Assembly: GCA_038062955.1 (NCBI GenBank)
Contig: JBBTWE010000001.1
Span: 453,640-517,639 of the forward strand
Reading direction: 5' to 3'
From: Patescibacteria group bacterium
GTDB taxonomy: Bacteria > Patescibacteriota > Minisyncoccia > Phycocordibacterales > BOKC01
DNA length: 64,000 nt
Under the pieces are notes generated by a model, which ran no database searches, was not told where the DNA came from, and saw only the letters and a list, made by a program, of their open reading frames with translations. Shown here piece by piece: positions 30,229 through 39,799 of this stretch. Position numbers and translations under genes: made by a program. The number at the start of each line of letters is the position of its first letter. The stretch's first letter is position 1.

Positions 30229-30855
30229 ATGAATAGTTTGAACGTGACCAGATACATACTCTCCGGAGGATTTATTACAAAAGCCTCCGATAGAGGTCGA
30301 GCTTTCTATCGAGCGATCATTGGGGATCAAATACGAAACGCAAAAGTTTTGATCTGTTGTTTCGCACTCCCCCGTGAGAACTGGGTAGCAGCATTTGACG
30401 ACGAAAAGGGCAGGTTTCAGTTGTTCAACGGTGCACTCACAATGCATTTCCAGAACGCTGATCCCAGTCGTTTCGCTGACCAAGTCGCATGGGCAGACGT
30501 GATTGTCTTCCGCGGAGGTTCAACCAAAAGCTTGATGGATGTCCTTTCGGATATTCTGGGCTGGCAGAAAAACCTTTCAGGAAAGACTGTGGTAGGCTCT
30601 TCTGCTGGAGCCCACATGCTCTCGTCGAGCTATCTCGTGACTGACGCAGGACCTCAACTTGCTACTGGCCTCGGTTTACTACCAGTAGTAATTGCAACCC
30701 ACTATCAGTCGACTTTCATTCATGATGGTGACATCGATAAGTCTCGGGTTTTCTGGGACAAAGTTGATAGTCTCCTGAAGTCGAAAGCTGGTGGAAAAGA
30801 TGTGCTTGCGTTGAAGGAGGGCGATTTCCAGATCGTCGCAAGTGACAACTCATGA
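30229..30855 (+). CDS. Peptidase S51 family (cyanophycinase / dipeptidase E-like)
   Basis: FRGGSTKSLMDVL and VGSSAGAHML match the S51 GGNT/GxSAG motifs. Moderately GC-rich. Start at MNSLNV with RBS acaggag. Confidence 0.7.
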   Translation: MNSLNVTRYILSGGFITKASDRGRAFYRAIIGDQIRNAKVLICCFALPRENWVAAFDDEKGRFQLFNGALTMHFQNADPSRFADQVAWADVIVFRGGSTKSLMDVLSDILGWQKNLSGKTVVGSSAGAHMLSSSYLVTDAGPQLATGLGLLPVVIATHYQSTFIHDGDIDKSRVFWDKVDSLLKSKAGGKDVLALKEGDFQIVASDNS

Positions 30856-30987
30856 CACCCAACTTCGGTTGGGTGTCCTTTTTTAATTTTAATACCTAGG
30901 AAACCCACGTAATACATTTTCTCCTAGAGAGCTGCGAGGAAATTGTCACTTATTCTATTTTGAGTCAAATTTTGATACAATTTTCTC

Positions 30988-31902
30988 ATGAACTGGTTCT
31001 TCATCGCTCTAATCGGATCACTATTCTACGCATCGACTAACCATATCGACAAATACCTTATTTCTAGGTATTTGAAAAATAGAGAAATTGGATCACTTAT
31101 CATTTTCTCCTCAATCTTTAGTGTTTTTGCTTTACCAATTATTTTTTTCATACGACCGGAAGTCTTTTCCGTAACACTTATTCAAGGTGTAGTTCTGACA
31201 TTAGCTGGAATGATGACAGTAATTGCACTACTTCTATACTTCTATGCACTTTTGGAAGATGAGGCGACAAATGTTGTACCATTCTATCAAACGATTCCAA
31301 TTTTTGCATTCATACTCGGATATATTGTTCTTGGGGAGACAGTTACATCTACACAAATAATAGCCGCGTTAGTGATTATTGTGGGGGCAACAACATTATC
31401 ATTGGAATTCAATGGAAACAGTATTCGATTCAAGGGTAAAGTAGTGCTTTTTATGCTTCTTGCCTCTTTTCTCTATGCTGTGAGTAGTGTCATTTTCAAA
31501 CTTGTGGCACTTGAAGAAGGTTTCTGGCTTTCAACTTTTTGGTCACTCGTTGGTAAAGTGGCTCTCGGTAGTTTTTTTCTTATTGCTATACCTATATATC
31601 GGAATCAATTTTTAACAGTGCTAAAAGAAAACAAGGTTCGTATTCTTGCTTTAAATTCGATTAACGAAACCGTTAGTATAATCGCCGACGGCTTAGTCGG
31701 ATTTGCAACTCTTCTTGCGCCAATCGCCATAGTTTTACTTGCTGGATCATTCCAACCAGTCTTTGTGCTTTTGATTGGTATTACTATCACCATTTTTTTA
31801 CCCCACATATCACAAGAATCGATTTCAAAAAAACATATACTTCAAAAAGTTTTTGCAATATCACTTATTATGGTAGGTAGTTACTTCTTGTTAGGAAATT
31901 GA
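30988..31902 (+). CDS. DMT superfamily transporter (EamA-like, 10 TM)
   Basis: Two EamA-like halves, 304 aa. Confidence 0.7.
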   Translation: MNWFFIALIGSLFYASTNHIDKYLISRYLKNREIGSLIIFSSIFSVFALPIIFFIRPEVFSVTLIQGVVLTLAGMMTVIALLLYFYALLEDEATNVVPFYQTIPIFAFILGYIVLGETVTSTQIIAALVIIVGATTLSLEFNGNSIRFKGKVVLFMLLASFLYAVSSVIFKLVALEEGFWLSTFWSLVGKVALGSFFLIAIPIYRNQFLTVLKENKVRILALNSINETVSIIADGLVGFATLLAPIAIVLLAGSFQPVFVLLIGITITIFLPHISQESISKKHILQKVFAISLIMVGSYFLLGN

Positions 31903-31968
31903 CCAGGACATACGCCCCTTGCATTTTTTATCAATACTGACTAGTATAAATGATATAATAGTATTTTC

Positions 31969-32358
31969 ATGACGAAATTAACCCCTTTTGGATATTTAAT
32001 GACACTCGATCTTTATGGCTGTAAAGAGGGTGTTTGTGATGATTTGAACCTCTGCTACAAATTTCTAGAAGACCTTGTGGCAAAATTAAAAATGAAAAAG
32101 CAATCTCCTCCTTTCATTTTTAAAAGTGATGAAGTTAAATACCCAGATAAAGCAGGGTTGAGTGGTTGGGTACCCCTCATTGAAAGCGGTGTTCAAATTC
32201 ACACCCTTACTCCAAAAAATTTTATTTCTATTGATATATACTCCTGCGGGCACTTTTCTACAGAGAATATTAAAGAATTCGTCAAAGATTACTTTGGATG
32301 CAAAGAAGTAGAAATGCACTACATAGAAAGAGGAATTAAATATAACGGTATTCAGTAA
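31969..32358 (+). CDS. speH: S-adenosylmethionine decarboxylase proenzyme (SpeH-type)
   Basis: LSGWVPLIESGVQIHTLTPKNFISIDIYSC matches the AdoMetDC ES(H)ISIHTWPE...DIFTC region including the self-processing Ser. 129 aa. Confidence 0.75.
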   Translation: MTKLTPFGYLMTLDLYGCKEGVCDDLNLCYKFLEDLVAKLKMKKQSPPFIFKSDEVKYPDKAGLSGWVPLIESGVQIHTLTPKNFISIDIYSCGHFSTENIKEFVKDYFGCKEVEMHYIERGIKYNGIQ

Positions 32359-32502
32359 TTACTACTCTAATGGAACTTCGATAACCGAATAATCTCTCTT
32401 AATTACAGTCTTATAGAAAGTTAGAGATATGGATACGACAGCAAATAAAATCAGTATTACAAGAAAAGATGATGTGGCCTTTTTCATTTCAAAGATTATA
32501 TC

Positions 32503-33816
32503 ATGAGAGTACTATTTATATCATCTAGCAATCTGATTGCTGCCAATTTGGCCTATATAATGAAACAAGAAGGCCATAGTGTTAAGCTCTTTATTGATGA
32601 ACCTGATCGAAAAGAAAACTTTGATGGTTTGGTAGAAAAAACAGATGATTGGCAAAAAGAATTAAAGTGGGTAGGTAAAGGAGAAAATAGTCTGATTGTT
32701 TTTGATGATATAGGTTATGGTAAAATTCAGGATCAACTTCGCAAAGATGGCTATTCGGTCTTTGGTGGGTCAGAAGCTGCTGATAAACTCGAATCTAATC
32801 GACAGTTCGCACAAGAAATTTTTTCAGATTGCGGCATTAAAACTGTTCCAATAAAAGATTTCACTGATATTCCCAGCACAATAGATTTTATAAAGAAAAA
32901 AAAGGGTGCGTGGGTTATTAAACAAAACGGGCATGCTTCAAAAAGTCTCAATTATGTTGCTCATTTTGATGATAGTAGAGACGTCATAAATCAACTTGAA
33001 AATTATCAGAATAATCTAAAAAGCCAAATACGCACAATTACTTTACAACAAAAAATAGAGGGTGTAGAAATCGCATGTGCTAGATATTTCAATGGAACTG
33101 ATTGGGTTGGTCCTATAGAAATGAATGTTGAACACAAAAAATTTTTCCCGGGAGACATGGGCCCGGCCACTAGTGAAATGGGTACGTTGGCATGGTATGA
33201 CGATAATGAAAATAATAGATTATTTCAGGAGACTCTTGCAAAACTAAAACCTTATTTACAAAAAATAAATTTCAGAGGGGATATCGACATAAATTCTATA
33301 GTTAATGAGAGTGGTGCGTACCCTTTAGAAGCCACACCTAGATTCGGTTCCCCGATTATATATTTACATGAAGAAATTCATCGCTCACCATGGGGTGAGT
33401 TTCTTAAGGCTGTCTCAGATGGTAAGAACTATAATTTAAAATGGAAAAGGGGTTATGGTATTGTGATCCTACTCACTGTTCCACCATTTCCTTACACAAA
33501 GAAATTAAGAGAAATGTCTCCCAAAGGAATCCATATTTATTTTGATCAAGTTTTAAGGGAAAAACATTTTAATCATGTCCATTTTGAAGGTGTGGCAAAG
33601 AAAAAAATTGGTAATCAGGATCAATACTATATATCAGACTATCAAGGATATGTGCTGTATGTGACAGCAGTCGATCGTACGGTCAAATTAGCCAGAAAAA
33701 AAGCTGAGAAATTGGCAAAACACATTTATTTTCCAAAAATGTTTTATCGACATGATATAGGTGTTGGTTTTATTGATAATACTTATGATAGGTTAAGGTG
33801 GTTAGGATATATATAA
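32503..33816 (+). CDS. PurD (GAR synthetase)-family ATP-grasp ligase, divergent
   Basis: Collinear with PurD: GGSEAADKLESNRQFAQEIFSDCGIKTVP, KGAWVIKQNGHASKS (ADGLAAGKG region), FFPGDMGPATSEMGTLAWY (GDTGPNTGGMGAYSP region), LEATPRFGSPII (IEFNCRFGDPET region). Confidence 0.6.
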   Translation: MRVLFISSSNLIAANLAYIMKQEGHSVKLFIDEPDRKENFDGLVEKTDDWQKELKWVGKGENSLIVFDDIGYGKIQDQLRKDGYSVFGGSEAADKLESNRQFAQEIFSDCGIKTVPIKDFTDIPSTIDFIKKKKGAWVIKQNGHASKSLNYVAHFDDSRDVINQLENYQNNLKSQIRTITLQQKIEGVEIACARYFNGTDWVGPIEMNVEHKKFFPGDMGPATSEMGTLAWYDDNENNRLFQETLAKLKPYLQKINFRGDIDINSIVNESGAYPLEATPRFGSPIIYLHEEIHRSPWGEFLKAVSDGKNYNLKWKRGYGIVILLTVPPFPYTKKLREMSPKGIHIYFDQVLREKHFNHVHFEGVAKKKIGNQDQYYISDYQGYVLYVTAVDRTVKLARKKAEKLAKHIYFPKMFYRHDIGVGFIDNTYDRLRWLGYI

Positions 33817-33847
33817 TTTTTAAATTATTGGCTATAATAGCTTAAAT

Positions 33848-35491
33848 ATGAACCCCTTATTATGTCCAGATTCGGTTCCAAGTTTTCTTGGATTTTTTGA
33901 TTTTTCAATAGCTCCACATTTGCTTTTTTATACGTATATACCCGCAATCCTAATATCTATATTCTTAGGTTTTTTTGTTTATCACAAAGAGAACGGCTCT
34001 CTATCAAGTAAATTACTTTTTGCCATTTCCGCTTTCTTTACTTTATGGGTGCTTGATATTTTTATTCTTTGGATTTCGGCCTATAACGATGCGGTGATGT
34101 TAGGGTGGCAAATTACTCCGATCTTAGAAGTGCCAATATTTATATTTTCACTTTATTTCGCATATGTTATTACTGATAAAGACCGAAGTGATATCAAACC
34201 TCAATTAAAATGTTTTTTTATCTTAATAATGGGTGTTGTTTTTTATTTTTTACCGACATTATCAAATATAGTAAGTTACAACATAAGTGTTTGCGAAGGT
34301 TTACCAGGTAAAATGTGGGACATGATGTATGTTGGAGAAATTATTATCATCATGTGGATATTGGGTTTATGTATCGCACGCCATCGTACTGCTCAAAATA
34401 ATATTTTATTAAAAAAACAAATTATATTTATAGGAATAGGATTGATTTCTTTCTTAACATTGTTTGTTGGTTCAAATCTGGTTGGTCAAATTACTGGAAT
34501 ACAGGAAATTAGTTTTATAGGCTCATTGGGAATGGTTGTATTTCTGGCATTGTTAGTTTATCTAATTGTTCGATATAAAACTTTTAACATAAAATTAATT
34601 GGGGCAAATGTTTTAGTTCTCACATTATGGATAGCCACGGCTTCACTGTTTGCTATTGATGAGATAAGTACCATTCGTGCTGTTGTTGCCGGAACATTGA
34701 TCTTAATTACAATTTTTGGCTACATACTTATAAATTCTGTTAGAAGAGAGGTTAGCCAACGAAAAAAGATTGAAAATCTTGCAGGGGAACTTGCGATGTC
34801 AAACGAAGGTCAGAAAAATCTTATTCACATTATGAACCATCAGATTAAAGGCTTCCTTGGGGTAGCCAAGAATATTTTTGCTGAACTATTAACTGGGGAC
34901 TATGGAGTTATGCCTGAACCTTCAAAACCTCTTTTGACTCATGGATTGGAGGAGATGGGTTCTGGCGTGGATTACGTTCAAGGAATATTAAGAGGGGCCA
35001 GCGCTCAATCTGGTGTTCTCCCCTACTCCATGAAACCAGTTGATCTCATGCCTTTAGTGTCTGACCTAATTAAAGAACGAAAAGAGGTGGCAGAAAAAAA
35101 AGAACTGTCTTTTGAATCAAATATAACCCCGGGAGATTATAATATAGTAGGAGACGGAGTTCAGATCAAAGAAGCTTTTAAAAATCTGATTACTAATGCC
35201 ATTAAGTACAATAGCCCAAAAGGCAATGTTAAAGTAGCTTTTGAAAAAGAATACGGAAAGATTATATTTTCGGTAAAAGACACAGGGATTGGTATCGCAG
35301 AGGAAGATAAAGCAAAACTATTCACCGCTGGAGGTGTGGGTAAGAATTCAATCAAACATAACACCGACGCGGCCGGCTACGGACTCTCTTTCGTAAAAGG
35401 CGTCGCAGAGGCTCATAAAGGTAGAGTGGGTTACAAATCAAACAGCCCGGAAAAAGGCACAACTTTCTTTATCGAATTGCCTGTTAAATAG
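33848..35491 (+). CDS. Sensor histidine kinase (7TM sensor + HisKA + HATPase_c), no response regulator in the window
   Basis: HQIKGFL H-box, N-box NLITNAIKYN, G1 DTGIGI, G2 GYGLSF. Seven TM helices N-terminally. Confidence 0.8.
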   Translation: MNPLLCPDSVPSFLGFFDFSIAPHLLFYTYIPAILISIFLGFFVYHKENGSLSSKLLFAISAFFTLWVLDIFILWISAYNDAVMLGWQITPILEVPIFIFSLYFAYVITDKDRSDIKPQLKCFFILIMGVVFYFLPTLSNIVSYNISVCEGLPGKMWDMMYVGEIIIIMWILGLCIARHRTAQNNILLKKQIIFIGIGLISFLTLFVGSNLVGQITGIQEISFIGSLGMVVFLALLVYLIVRYKTFNIKLIGANVLVLTLWIATASLFAIDEISTIRAVVAGTLILITIFGYILINSVRREVSQRKKIENLAGELAMSNEGQKNLIHIMNHQIKGFLGVAKNIFAELLTGDYGVMPEPSKPLLTHGLEEMGSGVDYVQGILRGASAQSGVLPYSMKPVDLMPLVSDLIKERKEVAEKKELSFESNITPGDYNIVGDGVQIKEAFKNLITNAIKYNSPKGNVKVAFEKEYGKIIFSVKDTGIGIAEEDKAKLFTAGGVGKNSIKHNTDAAGYGLSFVKGVAEAHKGRVGYKSNSPEKGTTFFIELPVK

Positions 35492-35578
35492 CATCTAATA
35501 TTTGTTATACAAACACCGTAAAAAACCTTATTTTAAGGTATTTTATATCAGAAATTCGCAGATTTACAGCACCAACTA

Positions 35579-35607
35579 TTGACAATAGATTCAAATTCAT
35601 TTATCAT
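35579..35607 (+). promoter_or_regulatory. Sigma-70-like promoter TTGACA-N17-TATCAT
   Basis: Consensus -35 and good -10, about 75 nt upstream of the small acidic ORF. Confidence 0.5.
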
Positions 35608-35682
35608 CTAGACTGGAATCTAACCATTGTTTTCACAATATTTGTGGGGTGGTTAGAGATGTTACCATAGACGGAGACAAAG

Positions 35683-35877
35683 ATGGGCAGAAAAGTGATC
35701 GGTCATGTCGATGGCGAAAGGACAACGACCGAAGTCGTCAAGCACGACAATCTGGTTTTCGAGAGCAGGTACTACGCCAACAACAAGGACGATGACACAT
35801 CTCGTGGTTCGTTCAACTCGGCCGACAAAGCGTTCGATGCTGCGGAGGAGATGAGCCCGGGAAGTGACGACGACTGA
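35683..35877 (+). CDS. GC-rich small acidic protein (64 aa) ending in ...EEMSPGSDDD
   Basis: RBS ggagacaaag-ATG. About 55% GC. A perfect 13-bp-stem terminator follows at 35887-35920. Confidence 0.55.
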   Translation: MGRKVIGHVDGERTTTEVVKHDNLVFESRYYANNKDDDTSRGSFNSADKAFDAAEEMSPGSDDD

Positions 35878-35886
35878 CCGGACTGG

Positions 35887-35920
35887 CTCGACTTTTTCAA
35901 AAAAGTCGAGCCATTTTATT
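35887..35920 (+). terminator. Intrinsic terminator (ggctcgacttttt-caa-aaaaagtcgagcc plus T-run)
   Basis: 13-bp perfect stem. Confidence 0.7.
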
Positions 35921-35990
35921 ACTTAGTTTTAAAACAGGTCTACGTTATACTAAAACATTAAACTTCAATCAGACTGTAAATTACTAAAGA

Positions 35991-37226
35991 GTGATGAGAA
36001 AAAAAACTTACAAAGCAAAATGTCCCCACTGCGATCCAATTAATAAACATCCCGCCCATATTCAGGAACGTTTAAGTAACTTTTTCTTTGACTTTAAGAA
36101 ATTGCTGATTTCTATAGAAAACAAATTTAAAAACAAATTCCCAAAGTTCTTTAATCATTTAAACAAAATTGTGTTCTATGGCAGTATAAAAACTCTTATT
36201 ACTATAGGGATTTTGAGAGAAGTTGAAATACCGAAGAAAAATGACTTCATCTCAAATCGTACTTTTGTGTTTCTAGCAGCCGCAAAACAAAGAGGAATAG
36301 AAGTGAAAACATTCCAAACTTTTAGTGGACGAAAAACAAATTTTTTTTCAATCATTATTAATGAGAAGAAAAAAATCTTTGAAATATTGCCTCACAATAA
36401 TATCGATTATGTAGAAATGGTTGAATTTGATAATAAAGATAAATTCAAGGAAATTTTACAAACTAATAGATTTCCGCACCCTGATGGAAAATCATTCAGC
36501 AATATCGACCAAGGAATTAATTTTGCCAAACAAAGAAATTTTCCTTTTGTTGTTAAACCTAGCTCTAGTTCTTTAAGCAAACACATTACTTGTAATATAC
36601 ATGATATCTTCTCTTTAAAAGAAGCAATCCGTATAGCACAAATAATTAATAGAGACTTTATTTTAGAAGAACATGTGGATGGACTAGTATATAGGATAAC
36701 TTTAGTTAGACATAAATTTATAGCATGTTGCTTAAGAGAAGCGCCGAATATTGTTGGTGATAATATCCACACGATTAAAGAATTGATAGAACAAAAAAAT
36801 AACCACGAGTGGCGCGGGGAGCCAGAAAAGAAAAATTATACATTGCGAAAAATTAAACTTACAGACAAGACCACCTCTATATTAAACTCCAAAGGATTTT
36901 CTTTAGAAAGTGTTCCAGAAAAAAATCAGAAAATATACTTGCATGACAAAGTAATTCTGGCGTGTGGGGCAGATATTCATGACAGAACAGATGAGATTCA
37001 TCCTGATAATATAAAAATGTTTGAAAAAATATCGGAACTTTGCAGATCCCCTATTATCGGAATTGATTTTATCTGTAAAGATATTTCAAAATCTTACAAA
37101 GAACAAAAAAGTGCTGTTATAGAAGCAAACTCTTTGCCTTACATAGATATGCATCATTATCCGGTTTCTGGAAAACCTAGAGATGTAGGTGGAGCAATTG
37201 CCGACTATCTTCTGTCTTTAAAATAA
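35991..37226 (+). CDS. ATP-grasp ligase resembling cyanophycin synthetase (CphA) N-terminal plus G domains, lacking the Mur-ligase-like domain
   Basis: FPFVVKPSSSS..., HVDGLVYRITLV, APNIVGDNIHTIKELIE, PIIGIDFICKDIS, and the tail AVIEANSLPYIDMHHYPVSGKPRDVGGAIADYL, which closely matches the CphA/RimK-type ...E(V)N..PG...H..P..G.PR.VA.AI.D.L ending. Confidence 0.55.
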   Translation: MMRKKTYKAKCPHCDPINKHPAHIQERLSNFFFDFKKLLISIENKFKNKFPKFFNHLNKIVFYGSIKTLITIGILREVEIPKKNDFISNRTFVFLAAAKQRGIEVKTFQTFSGRKTNFFSIIINEKKKIFEILPHNNIDYVEMVEFDNKDKFKEILQTNRFPHPDGKSFSNIDQGINFAKQRNFPFVVKPSSSSLSKHITCNIHDIFSLKEAIRIAQIINRDFILEEHVDGLVYRITLVRHKFIACCLREAPNIVGDNIHTIKELIEQKNNHEWRGEPEKKNYTLRKIKLTDKTTSILNSKGFSLESVPEKNQKIYLHDKVILACGADIHDRTDEIHPDNIKMFEKISELCRSPIIGIDFICKDISKSYKEQKSAVIEANSLPYIDMHHYPVSGKPRDVGGAIADYLLSLK

Positions 37227-37840
37227 GACAACGATGGACGAAATCGCAAAAATAAGTTTCTAGGTTTCTTTACGTAAGTATCGAGAATTTTTTTGTACCC
37301 AACTTCCTCGACAATTTTCCATGCTTGAGTATATTCGTCGGTTTCGTGCTTAAGGCAAGATTTTTTGTTTATTTCAATCAACTCTGGTCTTTTTAAAACG
37401 TCTGTAAAGATATGTTCTAAAAGCGCATGGACTATAATGTGATTCTTTAGCAATTTTGGTTCTTTACCAAATTTTTCGGTAAATTCTTTAGTCCATCCGT
37501 AACCAGATTTATGAACTAACTCATGAATAAATCTATTGAGAAAATCCCCTACTTTAACGTGAGCTCCAATAACAATAGCCAGACTATATTGCCTATGACA
37601 AGCCGAGACTACCGACACATCAACGATTGAATAAGGGAATTTCCTGTGAGTCTTTTTCTCAATAGTCGAAAAAACTACAGTTTCAATCGGAGACCAGGCA
37701 TCTTTATACTCTTGAATTCTTTTATCTATCTCCTCTTGAGTTGGAATTTTGTAATCCTTAAACTTTGGAAGAGATAAACAAAAAGGCTTAAAAACCTCAT
37801 CTAGATTTGGATTGTATCTAATATTTACCTTTGGTTTCAT
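37205..37840 (-). CDS. Hypothetical protein with HExxH motif (putative zinc metallopeptidase-like)
   Basis: FIHELVHKSGYGW. Overlaps the 3' end of the ATP-grasp gene by 22 nt (convergent). Confidence 0.45.
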   Translation of the reverse strand: MKPKVNIRYNPNLDEVFKPFCLSLPKFKDYKIPTQEEIDKRIQEYKDAWSPIETVVFSTIEKKTHRKFPYSIVDVSVVSACHRQYSLAIVIGAHVKVGDFLNRFIHELVHKSGYGWTKEFTEKFGKEPKLLKNHIIVHALLEHIFTDVLKRPELIEINKKSCLKHETDEYTQAWKIVEEVGYKKILDTYVKKPRNLFLRFRPSLSYFKDRR

Positions 37841-37847
37841 TGAATTT

Positions 37848-38675
37848 TTAATTAACCTCTCTCCCCAAAATAAACGCTTCCTGCCCCGCCTTTTCTCTTT
37901 TTCTACAGAAGATAATTAGATTTTTATTTTCCTGGGGCGCGTAGATTTTTTCATCTCCATCCTTCCCCAAAAATTCACCTTTCTTGAGCAAACCAAAGTC
38001 AGAGAAATTTTTTGCTGGAATAAAATTATTTTTTGTATGGTATATCTTGTAAGCTTGGATTGTTTTTTGCGCGTTATTTTTTCCCGGTATTTGTCCTGAG
38101 ATTATATTGTGTAAAATTAGAAAATCCACGATAGCTTGTTTTGCTATTTCAATAGATGAGGTATCAAAATGATATCCACACTCAACACATAGCCCAAAAC
38201 CTCCTTTTTTATTCATATAATAATCAGTTCCACCAGGTTCAAGATCGTCCCACCCAAAAGACTTGATTGGAAATGATAATCTTTCAGCTATATGAAAAGA
38301 CTTGGGTTCGCAAATAATAAAGGGCGAGCTGTTTTTTGTTTTACTAGAATGTATATCAAGGGACGCTTCACTTTCATCTAAATAAGCCATTATTATCTCG
38401 GCACGTTTCCTTTCATAACTTTCCATCTCTTTTGCAGAAAGCATCTCTTTAGGTTTAAATGCACGGTTCAGATTCATTTCGATAAACCTTGTTTTTTTCT
38501 TAATGGCCAGTAAATTGCCATAGATAAAATGCACCTTACCTCTTTCAATTGAAAGTGTCGGTATAATTTCTTTAAATGCTTCGATACCACACGTCTCGTC
38601 ACCGTGAATACCAGCTAGGATAGAAATTGTTTTACCTGGTTTTTTCCCAATAATTGTTTGTATGCCATCTTTCAT
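37848..38675 (-). CDS. Succinylglutamate desuccinylase / aspartoacylase (AstE/AspA) family zinc hydrolase
   Basis: ISILAGIHGDETCGIEA matches the GxHGxE zinc-binding motif of the AstE_AspA family. Confidence 0.65.
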   Translation of the reverse strand: MKDGIQTIIGKKPGKTISILAGIHGDETCGIEAFKEIIPTLSIERGKVHFIYGNLLAIKKKTRFIEMNLNRAFKPKEMLSAKEMESYERKRAEIIMAYLDESEASLDIHSSKTKNSSPFIICEPKSFHIAERLSFPIKSFGWDDLEPGGTDYYMNKKGGFGLCVECGYHFDTSSIEIAKQAIVDFLILHNIISGQIPGKNNAQKTIQAYKIYHTKNNFIPAKNFSDFGLLKKGEFLGKDGDEKIYAPQENKNLIIFCRKREKAGQEAFILGREVN

Positions 38676-38707
38676 ATCTAAAAAAATTACCTTAATTCGT
38701 ATCAGTA

Positions 38708-39799
38708 TTATTCGACAAAAGAAGTTCTAAGTTTCGCTTCCACATTAAACCTCTTTATAGCAAGTTCAATAAGTGTATCGATCAATTTGCTATAAGATAC
38801 GCCACTTGCTTCCCATAATTTTGGATACATACTTATTGAAGTAAAACCTGGGATTGTATTTATTTCATTTACAATAATTTTATTATCTTTGGTTAAAAAG
38901 AAGTCGACCCTAGCCATTCCCTCACAACATAAAACTTCAAAAGTCTTAATTACCATTTTTTGAATATTTTTTATTGTAGATTTAGAAAGTTCCGCTGGAA
39001 TTTTTAATTCTGCTCCATTTTCGTCTAAATATTTAGCTTCGTATGAATAAAATTCGTGCTTGGGAATTATTTCACCCGGCAAAGATACTGTTGGTTTTTC
39101 GTTACCCAGAACAGAACATTCAATTTCACGTCCAGAAATATTTTCCTCGATCAATATTTTATTGTCATATAGAAAAGCAGAATCTATTGCCTTTTTAAAC
39201 TCTTTCTCCGAACGAACTTTTGAAACGCCCACTGACGATCCCAGATTTGCTGGCTTAACGAAGAAAGGCAGGGCAAGTTCTTTTTTTATTTTTTTGAACG
39301 AGATATATGCAAGTTCGTGTTTTTTATATACTAAAAACTTTGCAATTGGTAACTTAGCATCCCTTAACAATCTTTTCATCACATCTTTATCCATTCCTAG
39401 AGCAGAACCCAAAACACCTGCTCCGACAAAAGGAACGTTAGCAAGTTTGAGCAAGCCTTGAATAGTACCATCCTCACCAAATGGACCATGAAGCACTGGA
39501 AAAAAAACGTCAATCGGCTCATTTGTACTAGTATTTAATGTTTCAATTATTTTTCCACCATCCTGCGCCGCTAAAGCAATGGTATTAAGTGTATGTTTTT
39601 TCTCTATTTTTTCACCTTTCAAAATTAATTTTGATTCGATCTCTGGCAACCAACGACCGGTTTTATCTATACCAATCAAAATTGGTTCATATTTATTTTT
39701 ATCTAAGGCATCTATAATATTCTTTGCGGATCTAATCGATACCTCATGCTCAGCTGATTTTCCGCCATATAAAATACCAACGCGTATTTTTTTATTCAT
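38708..39799 (-). CDS. ddl: D-alanine--D-alanine ligase
   Basis: RVGILYGGKSAEHEVSIRSAKNI..., ATP-grasp core, EINTIPGFTSISMYPKLWEASG C-terminal motif. Confidence 0.85.
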   Translation of the reverse strand: MNKKIRVGILYGGKSAEHEVSIRSAKNIIDALDKNKYEPILIGIDKTGRWLPEIESKLILKGEKIEKKHTLNTIALAAQDGGKIIETLNTSTNEPIDVFFPVLHGPFGEDGTIQGLLKLANVPFVGAGVLGSALGMDKDVMKRLLRDAKLPIAKFLVYKKHELAYISFKKIKKELALPFFVKPANLGSSVGVSKVRSEKEFKKAIDSAFLYDNKILIEENISGREIECSVLGNEKPTVSLPGEIIPKHEFYSYEAKYLDENGAELKIPAELSKSTIKNIQKMVIKTFEVLCCEGMARVDFFLTKDNKIIVNEINTIPGFTSISMYPKLWEASGVSYSKLIDTLIELAIKRFNVEAKLRTSFVE

